Shown: piece by piece, positions 1 to 11,024 of the stretch
How the letters are laid out: each line of letters opens with the position of its first letter
Position numbering within the stretch: position 1 is the first letter of the stretch
From: Octopus sinensis
Lineage: Eukaryota
Direction: 5' to 3'
Assembly (NCBI RefSeq): GCF_006345805.1
Contig: NC_043008.1
Coordinates: 33,728,001 to 33,792,000 of the forward strand
Length of the DNA stretch: 64,000 bases
Notes under the pieces: generated by a model
The model's database searches: none
Told to the model about the DNA's origin: nothing
The model's input: the letters and a program-made list of their open reading frames with translations, nothing else
Made by a program: the position numbers and the translations under genes

Positions 1-135
1 TCAAGTTAAAGGAAAGATGGAGATGCATTGTGCAACAAAATGGTTCATATTTAGTTGATTAAAAATGTAATGGCAAGTATTTATTGACCTTTTTCTTTCC
101 TTTTAAAATCAGCAGGAACTTTCCAGACAACCCAA
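1..135 (+). mobile_element. 3' end of a mariner transposon (transposase C-terminus plus right TIR)
   Basis: Reads ...KLKERWRCIVQQNGSYLVD*, the typical mariner C-terminus. Followed by TIR-like GAACTTTCCAGACAACCCAA and TA. Confidence 0.65.
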
Positions 136-660
136 TATTATTTTGTTGCTTGGACCCACAAAAATCTTATATAGGTCCTGAGGGTCCATCTGGTTCAGAT
201 GAACATATTAATCCCAGTACTTATTTATAAGCTAGGTACTTATTCTATTCGGCTCTATCATCAGACCACTAATTTATGAGGATGTAAACAACAATGACGC
301 CCACAACAGAATCTAAACATACCACCTGCTGTATTAATTATTATTTCTTCTCTGAGCATACTTGGAAATATCCAAAATTTATTGGAAAATAGTCATTTGT
401 GCATTCTTATGTCAAATTCGCCTTTCATCCTTTCAGGGTTGATGAAAAAAAAAAGTATTAATCCAGGGAGATGGATGAACAGAACTGCAAAAACATTGGA
501 TCAAGTATCTTGTGGTATTTGTTCCAACTCAATGTGTTTTTGAGTTCAAATCTTGTCATCGTTTTGTTTGGGTGACAACCTTAATTTGTTATCCAATTTA
601 AAACCCACTGTCTGTCATCTTAGGTGCTTTCACTGGAGTCCACTATGTTCTTTTATAATC

Positions 661-862
661 TAGGCACAAGGCCCAAAATTTTGGGGGAGGGCCAGTCAAT
701 TAGATCAACTCCAGTATGCTACTGGTACTTAATTTATCCACCCTGAAAGGATGAAAGGTAAAGCCAACCTCAGCAGAATTTGAACTCAGAATGTAAAGAT
801 AGACAAAATACTGCTAAGCATTTTGCCCAGCATGCTAATGTTTCTGCCAGCTCACCACCTTA
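661..862 (-). mobile_element. tRNA-derived SINE, family A (core GTCGAC..GCCTTTCATCCTTTCGGGGTCGAT..AAGTACCAG)
   Basis: Matches copies at 7599-7813, 24405-24630, 26540-26742 and 46680-46860. Has a Pol III A/B-box-like head (GAGTTCAAAT) on the minus strand. Confidence 0.8.
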
Positions 863-944
863 GGAGTCCTTTGTATTGCACACATTCAGATCAGGTCTTT
901 GATTTGAGGTTACTTTCCTTCCTCCTCCCCACTCATCTCAGAGT

Positions 945-1125
945 GTTCTGTATGTATGTGTATATATACACACACATTAGTATACATACATACATACATA
1001 CATGCATAAATACATACATACATACATACATACATACATACATACACACACATATTAGTATATACATACATACATACATACATACATACATACATACATA
1101 CATACATACATACACTCACACATAT
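945..1125. repeat. (TACA)n microsatellite
   Basis: Directly visible tandem repeat. It produces the spurious ORFs at 823-1227, 910-1119 and 933-1115. Confidence 0.95.
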
Positions 1126-1719
1126 ATAAATAGATTTTCACTACACATAAATGTAAATAGGATAACAGTATTGATGAGGATATTATGTTTAGTAACAAAT
1201 ACTAATTGTATTAAAAATGCATTGTAGTGTGTATATACAGATATATATTAGAAAGTTTATTGGCAGTAATAAGCTTGTAATTTTTTTTATTGCTATATAA
1301 ATGCACATTCCCTTAACATTTCATCCTTTAGCACTGCATTTTCCATTATTAATGTTCAAGCTTCATCCTTGTTGAATGTTTTTCCAGCTTTCTTCTCACA
1401 TGCATGCCATATATATATACTTACACATATATGCTATAGAATATATACAATGATATCACCCCAACATATTAACACATGCTGTCTTAAAGATAGCACGTCT
1501 GCACTAGTATATATGTATTATATTACATATATTATATTATATTATATTATATTATATTATATTATATTATATTATATTATATTATATTAATATCACTCAT
1601 CAGTTGTCAACCAAATATTTATATTGAGCATACATATACACATATACATGTCTGCCATTTCTATTTTGTTGTAATCTCCACTATTTCACATTTGCATGAG
1701 TTACATGTAACTTGTTGAA

Positions 1720-2170
1720 GCTGGATTTTCTGTGGTTTGACCACCTTCCTGTTCCCAACACTCACCTGCTTACAACAAAGGTAAAATTTCATCCAGACCT
1801 TTGAACAATGAACAGTTTAGTGTTCAGAACATGCCTTTGTAGATGTTTCCTTCTTTTCAGAAATACTAAGTACAAGTATACCATTATCCATCCGTATACC
1901 TTTCTCAGCCACAATGCCACAAATCTCTTTAGTTTGCTATCTCACAATCCAGATCATATTTCTGATCTTAATGACAAAAAACATTAGCAAATTTCTCCCA
2001 TTCTACTTTATACTTTGCTAAATAAATTTGTCACACAGTTTCCCTTCTACTTACTTGGTATCATTCTCAGTTTTACCCTTTTTCCAGTTTTTTCCAAGCC
2101 TGTCTCTGCTACTATGGTTCTGTCCACTTCACTGATTCACCACATCACCTTCTTTCTGGCTGGAATAGCA
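1720..2170 (-). mobile_element. Old degenerate RTE-type LINE fragment
   Basis: Minus-strand translation resembles the KFANV..EIA..DVVGEKCIRMDDG..AW..H.ERLL region of the RTE copy at 10826-13460. Many stops. Confidence 0.5.
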
Positions 2171-2999
2171 CTGCCACCCAGCCTCCCCACCAATCTAATT
2201 ACCCTGCTCATTCCAGGCTGAGTAGGAGATGCAAAAATCTCAAAATTGTCAAAACTAGGTGTTAAAGCACATGTGTTGGAAATTCTGGTCTTGCTGATGG
2301 CTGTTATATCCAAGGTGATCTTGCTTCCAGGATAATTCCAGACAATATGCACTTATGCATCCCATTCTCAGAACCAGCAATCTGGCTGAAAGATAATGAT
2401 GAGAAAAGGAAACAAGTTACTTACCCATTTTGTGGTTCTGGAGATGATGTAATTCAGTTTCCATGGAGTTTTAGGTTTTATTTGAAAAGTCCTTTTGAAG
2501 CCTTCTACTGGTCCTTACATTCAAACTTCCTACATCCCTCTATATTTTATATGTCCCCAAGTAAGTCCAGCTTTATTAATTTCATTTTTCTTTTTTTGTT
2601 TTGCACTTTGAAAGAGCTGTACCGGACCCTCTATTTAATTGCTTTTAGTTTCCCTTCTATGAAGGGCATCAAATTTTTATTTGTGTTCCTTATCAGCACA
2701 AAGTTTGAAGTGGATGTATTTTGTTGTTGTTGTTGTTGTGTTTATATATCAGTCTACTATGTTTTCTTTTTGTTGGGGTGTATGTTGTTGGTGGAAGTAT
2801 TCATTGTGGATTTCTTTATGCTGGATGTGACTGTAGTTTCAATGATGCAGTTATGGCTTGTTCAGAGCAAGTGCATCCTTTTATTTTTTATTTTCTTCTT
2901 ATTATATTTATTTTATTTTTTTATTCTTTTACTTGTTTCAATCATTTTACTGCAGCCATGCTGGAGCACCACTTTGAAGGGTTTTAGTCAAACGAATAG

Positions 3000-3360
3000 A
3001 CCATATGACTTATTTTTTAAAGCCTACTAGTACTTATTCTATCAGTTTCTTTTGTTGAATCACAAAGTTACAGGGATATAAACACACCAACACCAGTTAC
3101 CAAGAGTTGATGGAGGTATACAAACACAGACACAAAGACACACACACACATCAATATATATATATATACACACACACATATACATATGATGGGCTTCTTT
3201 CAGTTTCCATCTACCAAATCCTCTCACAAGGCTTTGGTTAGCCTGAGGCTATAGTAGAATCATTTGTCCAAAGTGCCATGCAGTGAGACTGAACCCAGAA
3301 TCGAGCAGTTAAGAAGCAGACTTCTTACCACACAGCCATGCTTGCACCTACCACACAGCC
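3000..3360 (-). mobile_element. tRNA-derived SINE, family B (GTGGTAAGAAGC..GGTTCAGTCCCACT..GGAAACTGAAAGAAGCCC)
   Basis: Same family at 7030-7425 (+), 8240-8430 (-), 19910-20170 (+), 28880-28990 (-), 29010-29430 (+), 32100-32280 (-) and 41780-41990 (-). Confidence 0.8.
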
Positions 3361-3881
3361 ATATTTTTATTTTTAATTGGTTGTCCCTCCTCACAAGATG
3401 ATATTTACACTTGAGAAAAGACCAGCATAGGGGGGAGCATAAGAATGTTTGTGTGTGTTTGAAAAAGTTAGGGAGAGAGGAATAGTAATCAAGGGGGAGT
3501 TTGTATATTATTTACATTATTTACACTCAATGGATATTTGTCCTCATCCTTACATCAGTCGAAAGTAAATAATGTAAATAATGTACATAATTCCTTATCT
3601 CTTAAAGATAGAACTGTAAGAGGGAGTTTGGTTGAACATTTTCCTAGGTGGTATGTTTACATTCTGCTGTGGATGTCATTGTTGTTGTTACTAATGTTAT
3701 TGGTGCCAGTGCAACAGCTGTTGTCCTTCCCTTTACTGCTGTTGCTGCTGACATTACTGTTGTACACTGTTGCTGCCAGTGGGGCTTCAACATCAGCAGT
3801 ATTCTTCACGAGGACCTCTATATTCCCAAGATAAGCCTTTTGTCCAACACTGAAACAATTCAATTCTACAATCTCAATAAC

Positions 3882-3883
<2 letters not shown>

Positions 3884-3947
<64 letters not shown>

Positions 3948-3965
3948 GTAATAATAATAATAATA

Positions 3966-4019
<54 letters not shown>

Positions 4020-4022
4020 GTA

Positions 4023-4077
<55 letters not shown>

Positions 4078-4091
4078 TAATAATAATAATA

Positions 4092-4139
<48 letters not shown>

Positions 4140-4162
4140 TAATAATAATAATAATAATAATA
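3884..4162. repeat. (AAT)n microsatellite, ~280 bp, imperfect
   Basis: Directly visible. Source of the poly-I/poly-L/poly-Y ORFs. Confidence 0.95.
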
Positions 4163-4319
4163 AGAAGAAGAAGAATGGGTTCAAATTTTGGCACAAGGCC
4201 AGCAATTTGTGGGGTGGGGTTATATCAATTACCTCAGTGCTCAACTAGTGTTTATTTTTTCGACACCAAAAGGATGAAGGATAATGTCAGCCTTGGTGGA
4301 ATAATAATAATAATAATTC

Positions 4320-4772
4320 TACTCAATACCACAGATTTGCTCATCAGTTGTTTGACCTGAACCAATTGAGCATGGCTGATGATATATGCATCCCTGGTTA
4401 TGAGCTGAAGTAGTGGGGTAGCATCATAGCCACATGTTGAGAAGAATTCTTTGTGGTTCGAATAATTCACCTTTTGGAAATATGGTTGTTTTGTTCCACA
4501 TGCTTAAACAACCCTTATTCAGGGAGCTTTTGAGCAGAGTGGGCTACTCAACCAGAACAAAACTCTAACTGGGACCCACCTGCAAGGTTATGTGCTGTTT
4601 ATCTTGATATGAGATCACTATGTTGCACACATGTAGTTGTGATGCATGTGTCCGGTGTATTCTTATCATATGGGTAGTCATGATGGGTATATTGGGCTTT
4701 GTACCCCAGTGTAACTTTGATATCCTGCACTGCTCTCTCACTCACTCAATAATAATAATAATAATGATGATG

Positions 4773-4815
<43 letters not shown>
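4320..4815 (+). mobile_element. Non-autonomous retroelement, family C, ending CTCTCTCACTC-(AAT)n
   Basis: Homologous copies at 5945-6540 (+) and 15135-15700 (-). All end in CTCTCTCACTCA followed by (AAT)n. Confidence 0.75.
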
Positions 4816-4821
<6 letters not shown>

Positions 4822-5084
4822 GTGCACTCAGAGAGTGCAAACCTTTACTGAAGCAACACCAATGCCCTCTTGACAATTAGCCAGAGATGATTATTAAAAT
4901 GAGAATATCTGAAATAAAGTCGACTGCTTTCACAAATGAGAATACTAAAAATGAACCCGACTGCTTTCAAAAATTAAGTACAAAAGAACCTGAAAAATAA
5001 TCTAGTATTTTTGTCCGGTCCCAATGGTAGCCATGGAATGTGAAGGTGGGTGTGTAGGCCGTGTTTGTAACACTGTGTGTGTGT

Positions 5085-5920
5085 GTTCTCTGCAGTGAGA
5101 AGAGACAGTTTTCTCTATGAAGGCCTATTCATATTCTTTCCAACTGTTCATTAGCATTGAAGAGGTATACATGGAGACACAACTTGGTCCTTAAGGTTAT
5201 CTTCAATGCTATAAAGAACCAAATTCATCTCAACAATACTGAGAAAAAACCGTCTAGAGATTTCGTTACCTTCGTGTGATCAGGCCAGCGGGGCCGTTTC
5301 AAGAAGAAGATCAAGAAATTTCCTGTGAGAGATGAAAAGTGGAACGGCTATTGGGAGGTGACTGCAGATTTACCTGGGTGCCAGGGATTCTTTCCCATCC
5401 CAATTATGAAGAAACCAGACATTTTGATGTGGTGTGAAAGAAGGAAAGTTGTAAATCTAGTCGAATTAAGGGTTCCTCATGAAGATAATATGGACGCCAC
5501 TCGGGCTCAAAAGATTGACCATTATGTAAATCTCCTCGAGGAATGTGAAGACACAGGCTGGAAAGCGGAACATTTTCCAATCGAAGTCGGATGTAGAGGG
5601 TTCGTTGGACACAGTGTGAGACGACTGTTGTTATCATTAGGCCTAACTCATCGTAAAGTCAATACCACCATGACTGATATCCAAACTACAGTGGAGAAGG
5701 CTAGCCACTGGATTTGGTTAAAAAGAGACGATGAGCGATGGCTAGAAGAATATTGAGCTTTATTTGATAACCAGCTGATCTAGCAAGCAGGGTCTCATAT
5801 CAGTGAGGGGGTGGGGGCGGTGCGTGTTGATGCTGTTGAGAGGAAGGTCCCGAAATGGCATGCATTCTCTCCTGATCACCCCATACACTTGCTGGCTTCT
5901 GATATGCAGAGTTTTTGACT
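5085..5920 (+). mobile_element. 5'-truncated RLE-type non-LTR retrotransposon (HERO-like), zinc knuckle plus restriction-like endonuclease
   Basis: YTWRHNLVL upstream of ORF 5325-5756, which carries KPDILMW..LVELRVPHE..QK..HY..L..C...GW....PIEVGCRGF (PD-D/E-xK RLE motif). Confidence 0.85.
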
Positions 5921-5944
5921 GGTAGCACTTGCATGTGCAAGTTG

Positions 5945-6469
5945 TTTGCAAGACATGATTGGAAGTGTTATCATGTACATGTTTCGTCTTGGTATAAAAG
6001 ATGGGCTACAGCAAATATTCTGCTCAATACCACAGATTCGCTTGTCAGTTGCTTGACCATAACCAGTTGAGCATGTTCTTTAATGGCTGACAGTATGTAC
6101 ATCTTTGGTCACAAGCAGAAGCAGTTGGTGAGCATCATAGCTATGTGTTGAAAGGAATTCTTTGGGGTTTGAATAATTCATCCCTGGAAACATGGGTGTC
6201 TTGTTCATCATCCTTCAACAAACCCTATTCAAGGACTTTTGAGCAGGATGGGGCTACTCAACCTGAAGAAAGACACCACCTGGTCATGCACTGTTTATCT
6301 TGATATGAAATCACATGTCATGCATATATGGTTGTGATGCACCCTTATCAGACAGGTAGTCATGATATGTATATTGAGCTTCATATATTTGTACCCCAGT
6401 GTCACTTTGATGGCATGCACTACTCTCTCACTCAATAATAATAACAATAATAATGATAATAATAACAAC

Positions 6470-6527
<58 letters not shown>

Positions 6528-6540
6528 GCAACAACAATTA
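5945..6540 (+). mobile_element. Family C non-autonomous retroelement with (AAT)n tail
   Basis: Aligns by eye with 4320-4815. Confidence 0.75.
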
Positions 6541-7029
6541 AATTTGATTAATTTATATTTTATTGGCTAAAGACAAAGATAGCGCCCATGACTAAACAGA
6601 TCCTCCAAGACTAAAGAGCATTTTGTTGCTAATGTTCCTTTGAAACAGTTGCAATTCAACACCACAAGGAAAATCTAAGCTGAAGAAGATTCCACAAAGG
6701 CCAATGGTCAAGAGCAAAAGGACTGAGCATAGTTCTTAGGGCAGGGTCAGGTGAGGGTGGGGCGATAAGATATAACAAAGGTGATAAGAGCTGAAGAAAC
6801 ATGTGAGTAGGACGACAGGAGTGCCTTAGGGATGAATGTATGTGTGTGCACAAGCATGTGTGTGGGTGTGCATGTGTACGTGTGTGTGTGTGAGTGTGTG
6901 TGTGAGTGTGTGTGTGCATGTTTGTGCGTGTCTATTATAGATACATATGTCGTTGCTATTTACCTCAGTTTGGCCATGTCTGAGCAAACCTGTGATCAAA
7001 GGTATTCCATTCATAACCATAGGCACAGG

Positions 7030-7181
7030 CATGGCTGCATGGTAAGAAACCTGCTTCCTAACCACATGGTTCCAGGTTCAGTCCCACCATGTGCCATCTT
7101 GAACAAATGTCTTCTACTATAGCCTCAGGCCAAAAAAGCCTGTGACTGGATTTAGTAGATGGAAACTAAAAGAAGCCTGTC

Positions 7182-7213
<32 letters not shown>

Positions 7214-7425
7214 CTTTGTGTCTGTGTTTGTCCCCCCCCCCCCATAACTGCTTGACAAATGGTGTTGGTGTGTTTAGATCCTCATAACTTCAGCAAAAGG
7301 AACCAATAAATAAATACTAGCCTTAAAAAAAAAAATCGTGGGTCGACTTGTTCGACTAAAATCCTTCAAGGCAGTGCTCCAGCATGGCTGCAGTCAAATA
7401 AGTCAAACAAGTAAAAGAATAAAAT
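7030..7425 (+). mobile_element. SINE family B, near full length
   Basis: Head GGTAAGAAACCTGCTTCCTAACCACATGGTTCCAGGTTCAGTCCCAC, internal (TG)n, tail GAAACAAGTAAAAGAATAAAA. Confidence 0.8.
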
Positions 7426-7598
7426 TTTAAAATCTCAATTTTTTTTAACATAGTGTACCTGAAACAACATAAACCAATGTGCTCTTCCTGTTTTATGATG
7501 GTAAGGTTAGAGATGAGAAAGATTTAACTGCTATTTCTACTCAGTCAGATAATCATGAGGAAGCTCCCTCATTAGCACACAGGTACACATATTTGTAA

Positions 7599-7813
7599 GG
7601 TGGCGAGTTGGCAGTAACATTAGCATACCAGGCAAAATGCTTAGCGGTTTTTTGTCTGTCTTTACATTCTGAGTTCAAATTCCTCCAAGGTCGACTTTAC
7701 CTATCATCTTTTCAGGGTAGATAAATTGAGTACCAGTTGCATACCGGGGTCGATATAATCGACTTACCCCCTCCCTACAAATTTCGGGCCTCGTGTCTAG
7801 AGTAGTAAAGAAA
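7599..7813 (+). mobile_element. SINE family A, full length with 18-bp TSD
   Basis: Flanked by the direct repeat AGGTACACATATTTGTAA at 7581-7598 and 7814-7831. Confidence 0.9.
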
Positions 7814-7937
7814 AGGTACACATATTTGTAATGGGAAATTTTGAGTACTGAGTGTGACTGATCTGACTTTCAATAAAGTGTGATATATTTTCTCTATTTC
7901 CCAAAAGTCATTCAAATATTTTGTTTACTTTCAGATT

Positions 7938-7983
7938 ATGAATCGCATTTTCATCTTACTTTCTCTCCTGCAAATAGTTTATA
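7938..7983 (+). CDS. Host gene coding exon 1: signal peptide MNRIFILLSLLQIVY
   Basis: Acceptor ttgtttactttcag ends at 7934, ATG at 7938, consensus donor GTAAGT at 7984 (phase 1). Basic residue followed by a hydrophobic core. The upstream acceptor implies an unlocated 5'UTR exon. Confidence 0.7.
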
Positions 7984-8445
7984 GTAAGTATTCTAACTTA
8001 TAACTTCTTTCATGAATTCTTGAAATATTAATTTTCATCTCATCAAAAACATAGACATCGATTCATTTCTGTTTTACATAATGTTACATTCTTATATTTC
8101 AGTTGCATTATCATAATTGTGTGTGTGATGTGTGTTTGTGTGCATGTGTGTGTGCGTGTATGCATACACACATGCATATATGTGTGTGTGAGTTTGTGTG
8201 AAAATGAAACAAAATATAAATGAGTGTTTTACCTTTTACTCTTTTAAGTCATTGGACTGTGGCCATGTTGGGGCACTGTCAAACAAATCAACCAGAACAC
8301 ATACTTTTTTTTAAACCTGGTATTCATTCTATCAGCCTCTTTTGCTGAATCGCTAAGTCATGGTTATGTAAACAAACCAACACTAGTTGCCAAGCAGTGG
8401 TAGGGGACAAATACAAACACAAAAACAGATCCACAAATCAATATA

Positions 8446-8604
8446 CCATATTTTATAAGGAACCCTCGTGTATAAGGAACTCCCTAATTTTAGGGGCTTA
8501 AAATTTGGGAAAATGGTTTTGTGCTATCCATATATAAGAAACTCCCATATTTTTTAACCTAATTTTTGAAAACAAAAGGGTTCCTTATACATGTTATAAT
8601 AGGG
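8446..8604. mobile_element. Small Tc1/pogo-like MITE
   Basis: Imperfect inverted ends CCATATTTTATAAGG ... CCTTATACATGTTATAATAGGG, flanked by TA. Confidence 0.5.
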
Positions 8605-8610
8605 TATATA

Positions 8611-8812
8611 TGAGGTGGAGTGCTGAAAAGTCCTGGCTTTAAGGCTTTCCTGAAAAGCCTGGCTGGAGGCCCAAACTTAAAGGTCTTTTGCAGGGTTTAG
8701 AAAAACTGAAGGACCATTGCATGAAAGGGGAATACTTTGAATAAAATTTTAGTTAACTAATCCTCCGGTATTTTCTCTTACCCAAAGCCAGGAACTTTTC
8801 AGCACTCCCTCA
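8611..8812. mobile_element. Mariner-derived MITE
   Basis: TIRs TGAGGTGGAGTGCTGAAAAGTCCTGGC / GCCAGGAACTTTTCAGCACTCCCTCA. Confidence 0.75.
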
Positions 8813-11024
8813 TGTGTGTGTGTGTGTGTATCATCATTACATCATCATCATCATCATTTAGAGTCTGCTTTCCATGCTAGCATGGGTTAGACAGTTTGAC
8901 TGAAACTGGTAAGCTGGAGAGCTGCACTAAGTTCTAGTCATGGCATGGTTTCTAAGGCTGGATGCCCTTCACAACACCAACCACTCCATAAAGTATACTG
9001 GGTGCCTTTTACATGTCACTGGCATGGGTCCCAGTTACGTGATACTTGCATCAGTCAAAACTCTGATTTCATTTGGTTTGATGAGTTTTCTCATGCACAG
9101 CAAATTGCCAAAGGTCTCGGTCACTTGTCATTGCCTCCATGAGGCCCAATGTTCAGTTATGCATTCCACGTGCATTTTATGTGTCAGTTATGTGACATTA
9201 GCATTGGCCACAACTACTATTCCACTTGGCTTGATGAATCTTCTCAAGCACAACACATCACTAAAGGTCTTGGTCAATTCTCATTGCCTCAATGAGGCCA
9301 ACTATTTGAAGATTATGCTTTACCACCCTATTCTATGTCTTTCTGGGTGTACCTCTATCACAGGTTCCCTCCACAGTTAGAAATCGACATTTCTTTACCC
9401 ACCTATCCTCGTCCATATGCATCACATAACTATAGCAGTGAAGTTGTCTCTCTTGCACACCACATCTGATGCCTCTTATGCCCAACTTTCCTCTCAAGAT
9501 GCTTACACTCTGTCGTACATGCACACTGACATTGCACAGCCAGCAAAGTACATTAACTTCATTTCTTTCAAGCCTATGCATGTCCTCAGTGGTCATCGCC
9601 CATGTTTCACTACTGTGTAGCATGGCTGTTTATACACAGACATCAAACACACTGCCTTTCATTCTGTAAGAGAGGCCCTATGTTACCAACAGAGGTAGGA
9701 GCTCTCCGAACTTTGCCCAGCCTATTCTTATTCTATCAGTTATTCCCCCAGAGCATCCACTTTGGCTAATGACTTGCTCACATTGATAATGGATGCTATC
9801 AACTACTTTTAGGTGTCCTCCCTGGTATTTGCTGAAGTCCATTTTCTGAACATTTTTAGTGTTTATTGTAATTGTACACCTTCCACATTCAAAATCTATT
9901 TCCCCTGTTAACCTTCGTCTGATATTGCTGCACTTCTTATGTGTCCATAGCTTGTACATCTTATGGAGTTTCTACTTACGCCTTTTCCACATACTGAGGA
10001 GGGCCATCTATATGAAGGAATTTGTGATTGGTTCACTTTCCTAGGATCTAGGATCTTGGTTTTTGCTAAATCAACTTTAAGTCTCTTTGATTCTAGATCT
10101 TGCTTCCACACCTAAAATTTCTTCTCTAGTTCTGGTAGTGATTTGGCAATAAGAATAAGGTCATCAGTACAGAGGAGCTCCCAGGGACAGCCCGACTTAA
10201 ATTCCTCTGTTATTGCCTGGAGGACTATGAAGAACAAGAGGGAGCTGAGGATTGATCATTGGTGAACCCTTACTCATACCCTGAATTCATCGTAGTAATT
10301 GTTGCCAACTCTCACCTTACTGAGAGCCTCTCTGTACATGGCTTGTACAGCTCTAATTACTCCACATTGACCACCAGATAAGAGAGTGGGAGACCCTGTC
10401 AAAGGCTTTCTCCATATCAACAAAAACCAAGTATAGAGGTTTATTTTTGGCTCAGTATTCCTCCTTCAGCTTCCTTACCAGAAATATAGCACAGGTGGTG
10501 CTTCTCCCTGGCACAAAACCAAACTGTGTCTCATTTAGACTAACTCTCTTCCTAATTAGTTGGGCTACAACCCTCTCTATAACTTTCATTGCCTGATGCA
10601 ACAATTTGATACCTCTGTAATTATTTCTGTCTAAGCTGTTGCCTTTACCTTTGAGCAGCTGACAATAGTGTTGCCATACCAGTCATTTGGTATAACTTCC
10701 TCAGGTATAACCTGAGTAACTAGACTATAACCAACACTGTCAGGTATTTTAAACATCTCAGCAGTGATTCCTGAAGGTTGGGGGCTTTCCTAGTCTTCAT
10801 ATTCTTCATGGCTTTATCTACCATGCTACTGTCTGTTCTGATTGGTAGGCAGACTTTCCTTCTCCCATGAGTTCATTACATTTAGTAGCCTTTCATAATG
10901 GCACTTCCAAGCCTCTTGTTTTGCGGTGTCACTAATTACCATTGAATCATCATCCATGTGAATACACTTTTTCCCAACAACATCACAGTTTTCCGTGGCC
11001 CACTGTTTTGCAAACCAAAACACT

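Noticed and set aside
7599-7690. tRNA gene
   Set aside because: Only the tRNA-like head of a SINE. It continues into the SINE body, has a TSD, and shows no complete cloverleaf.
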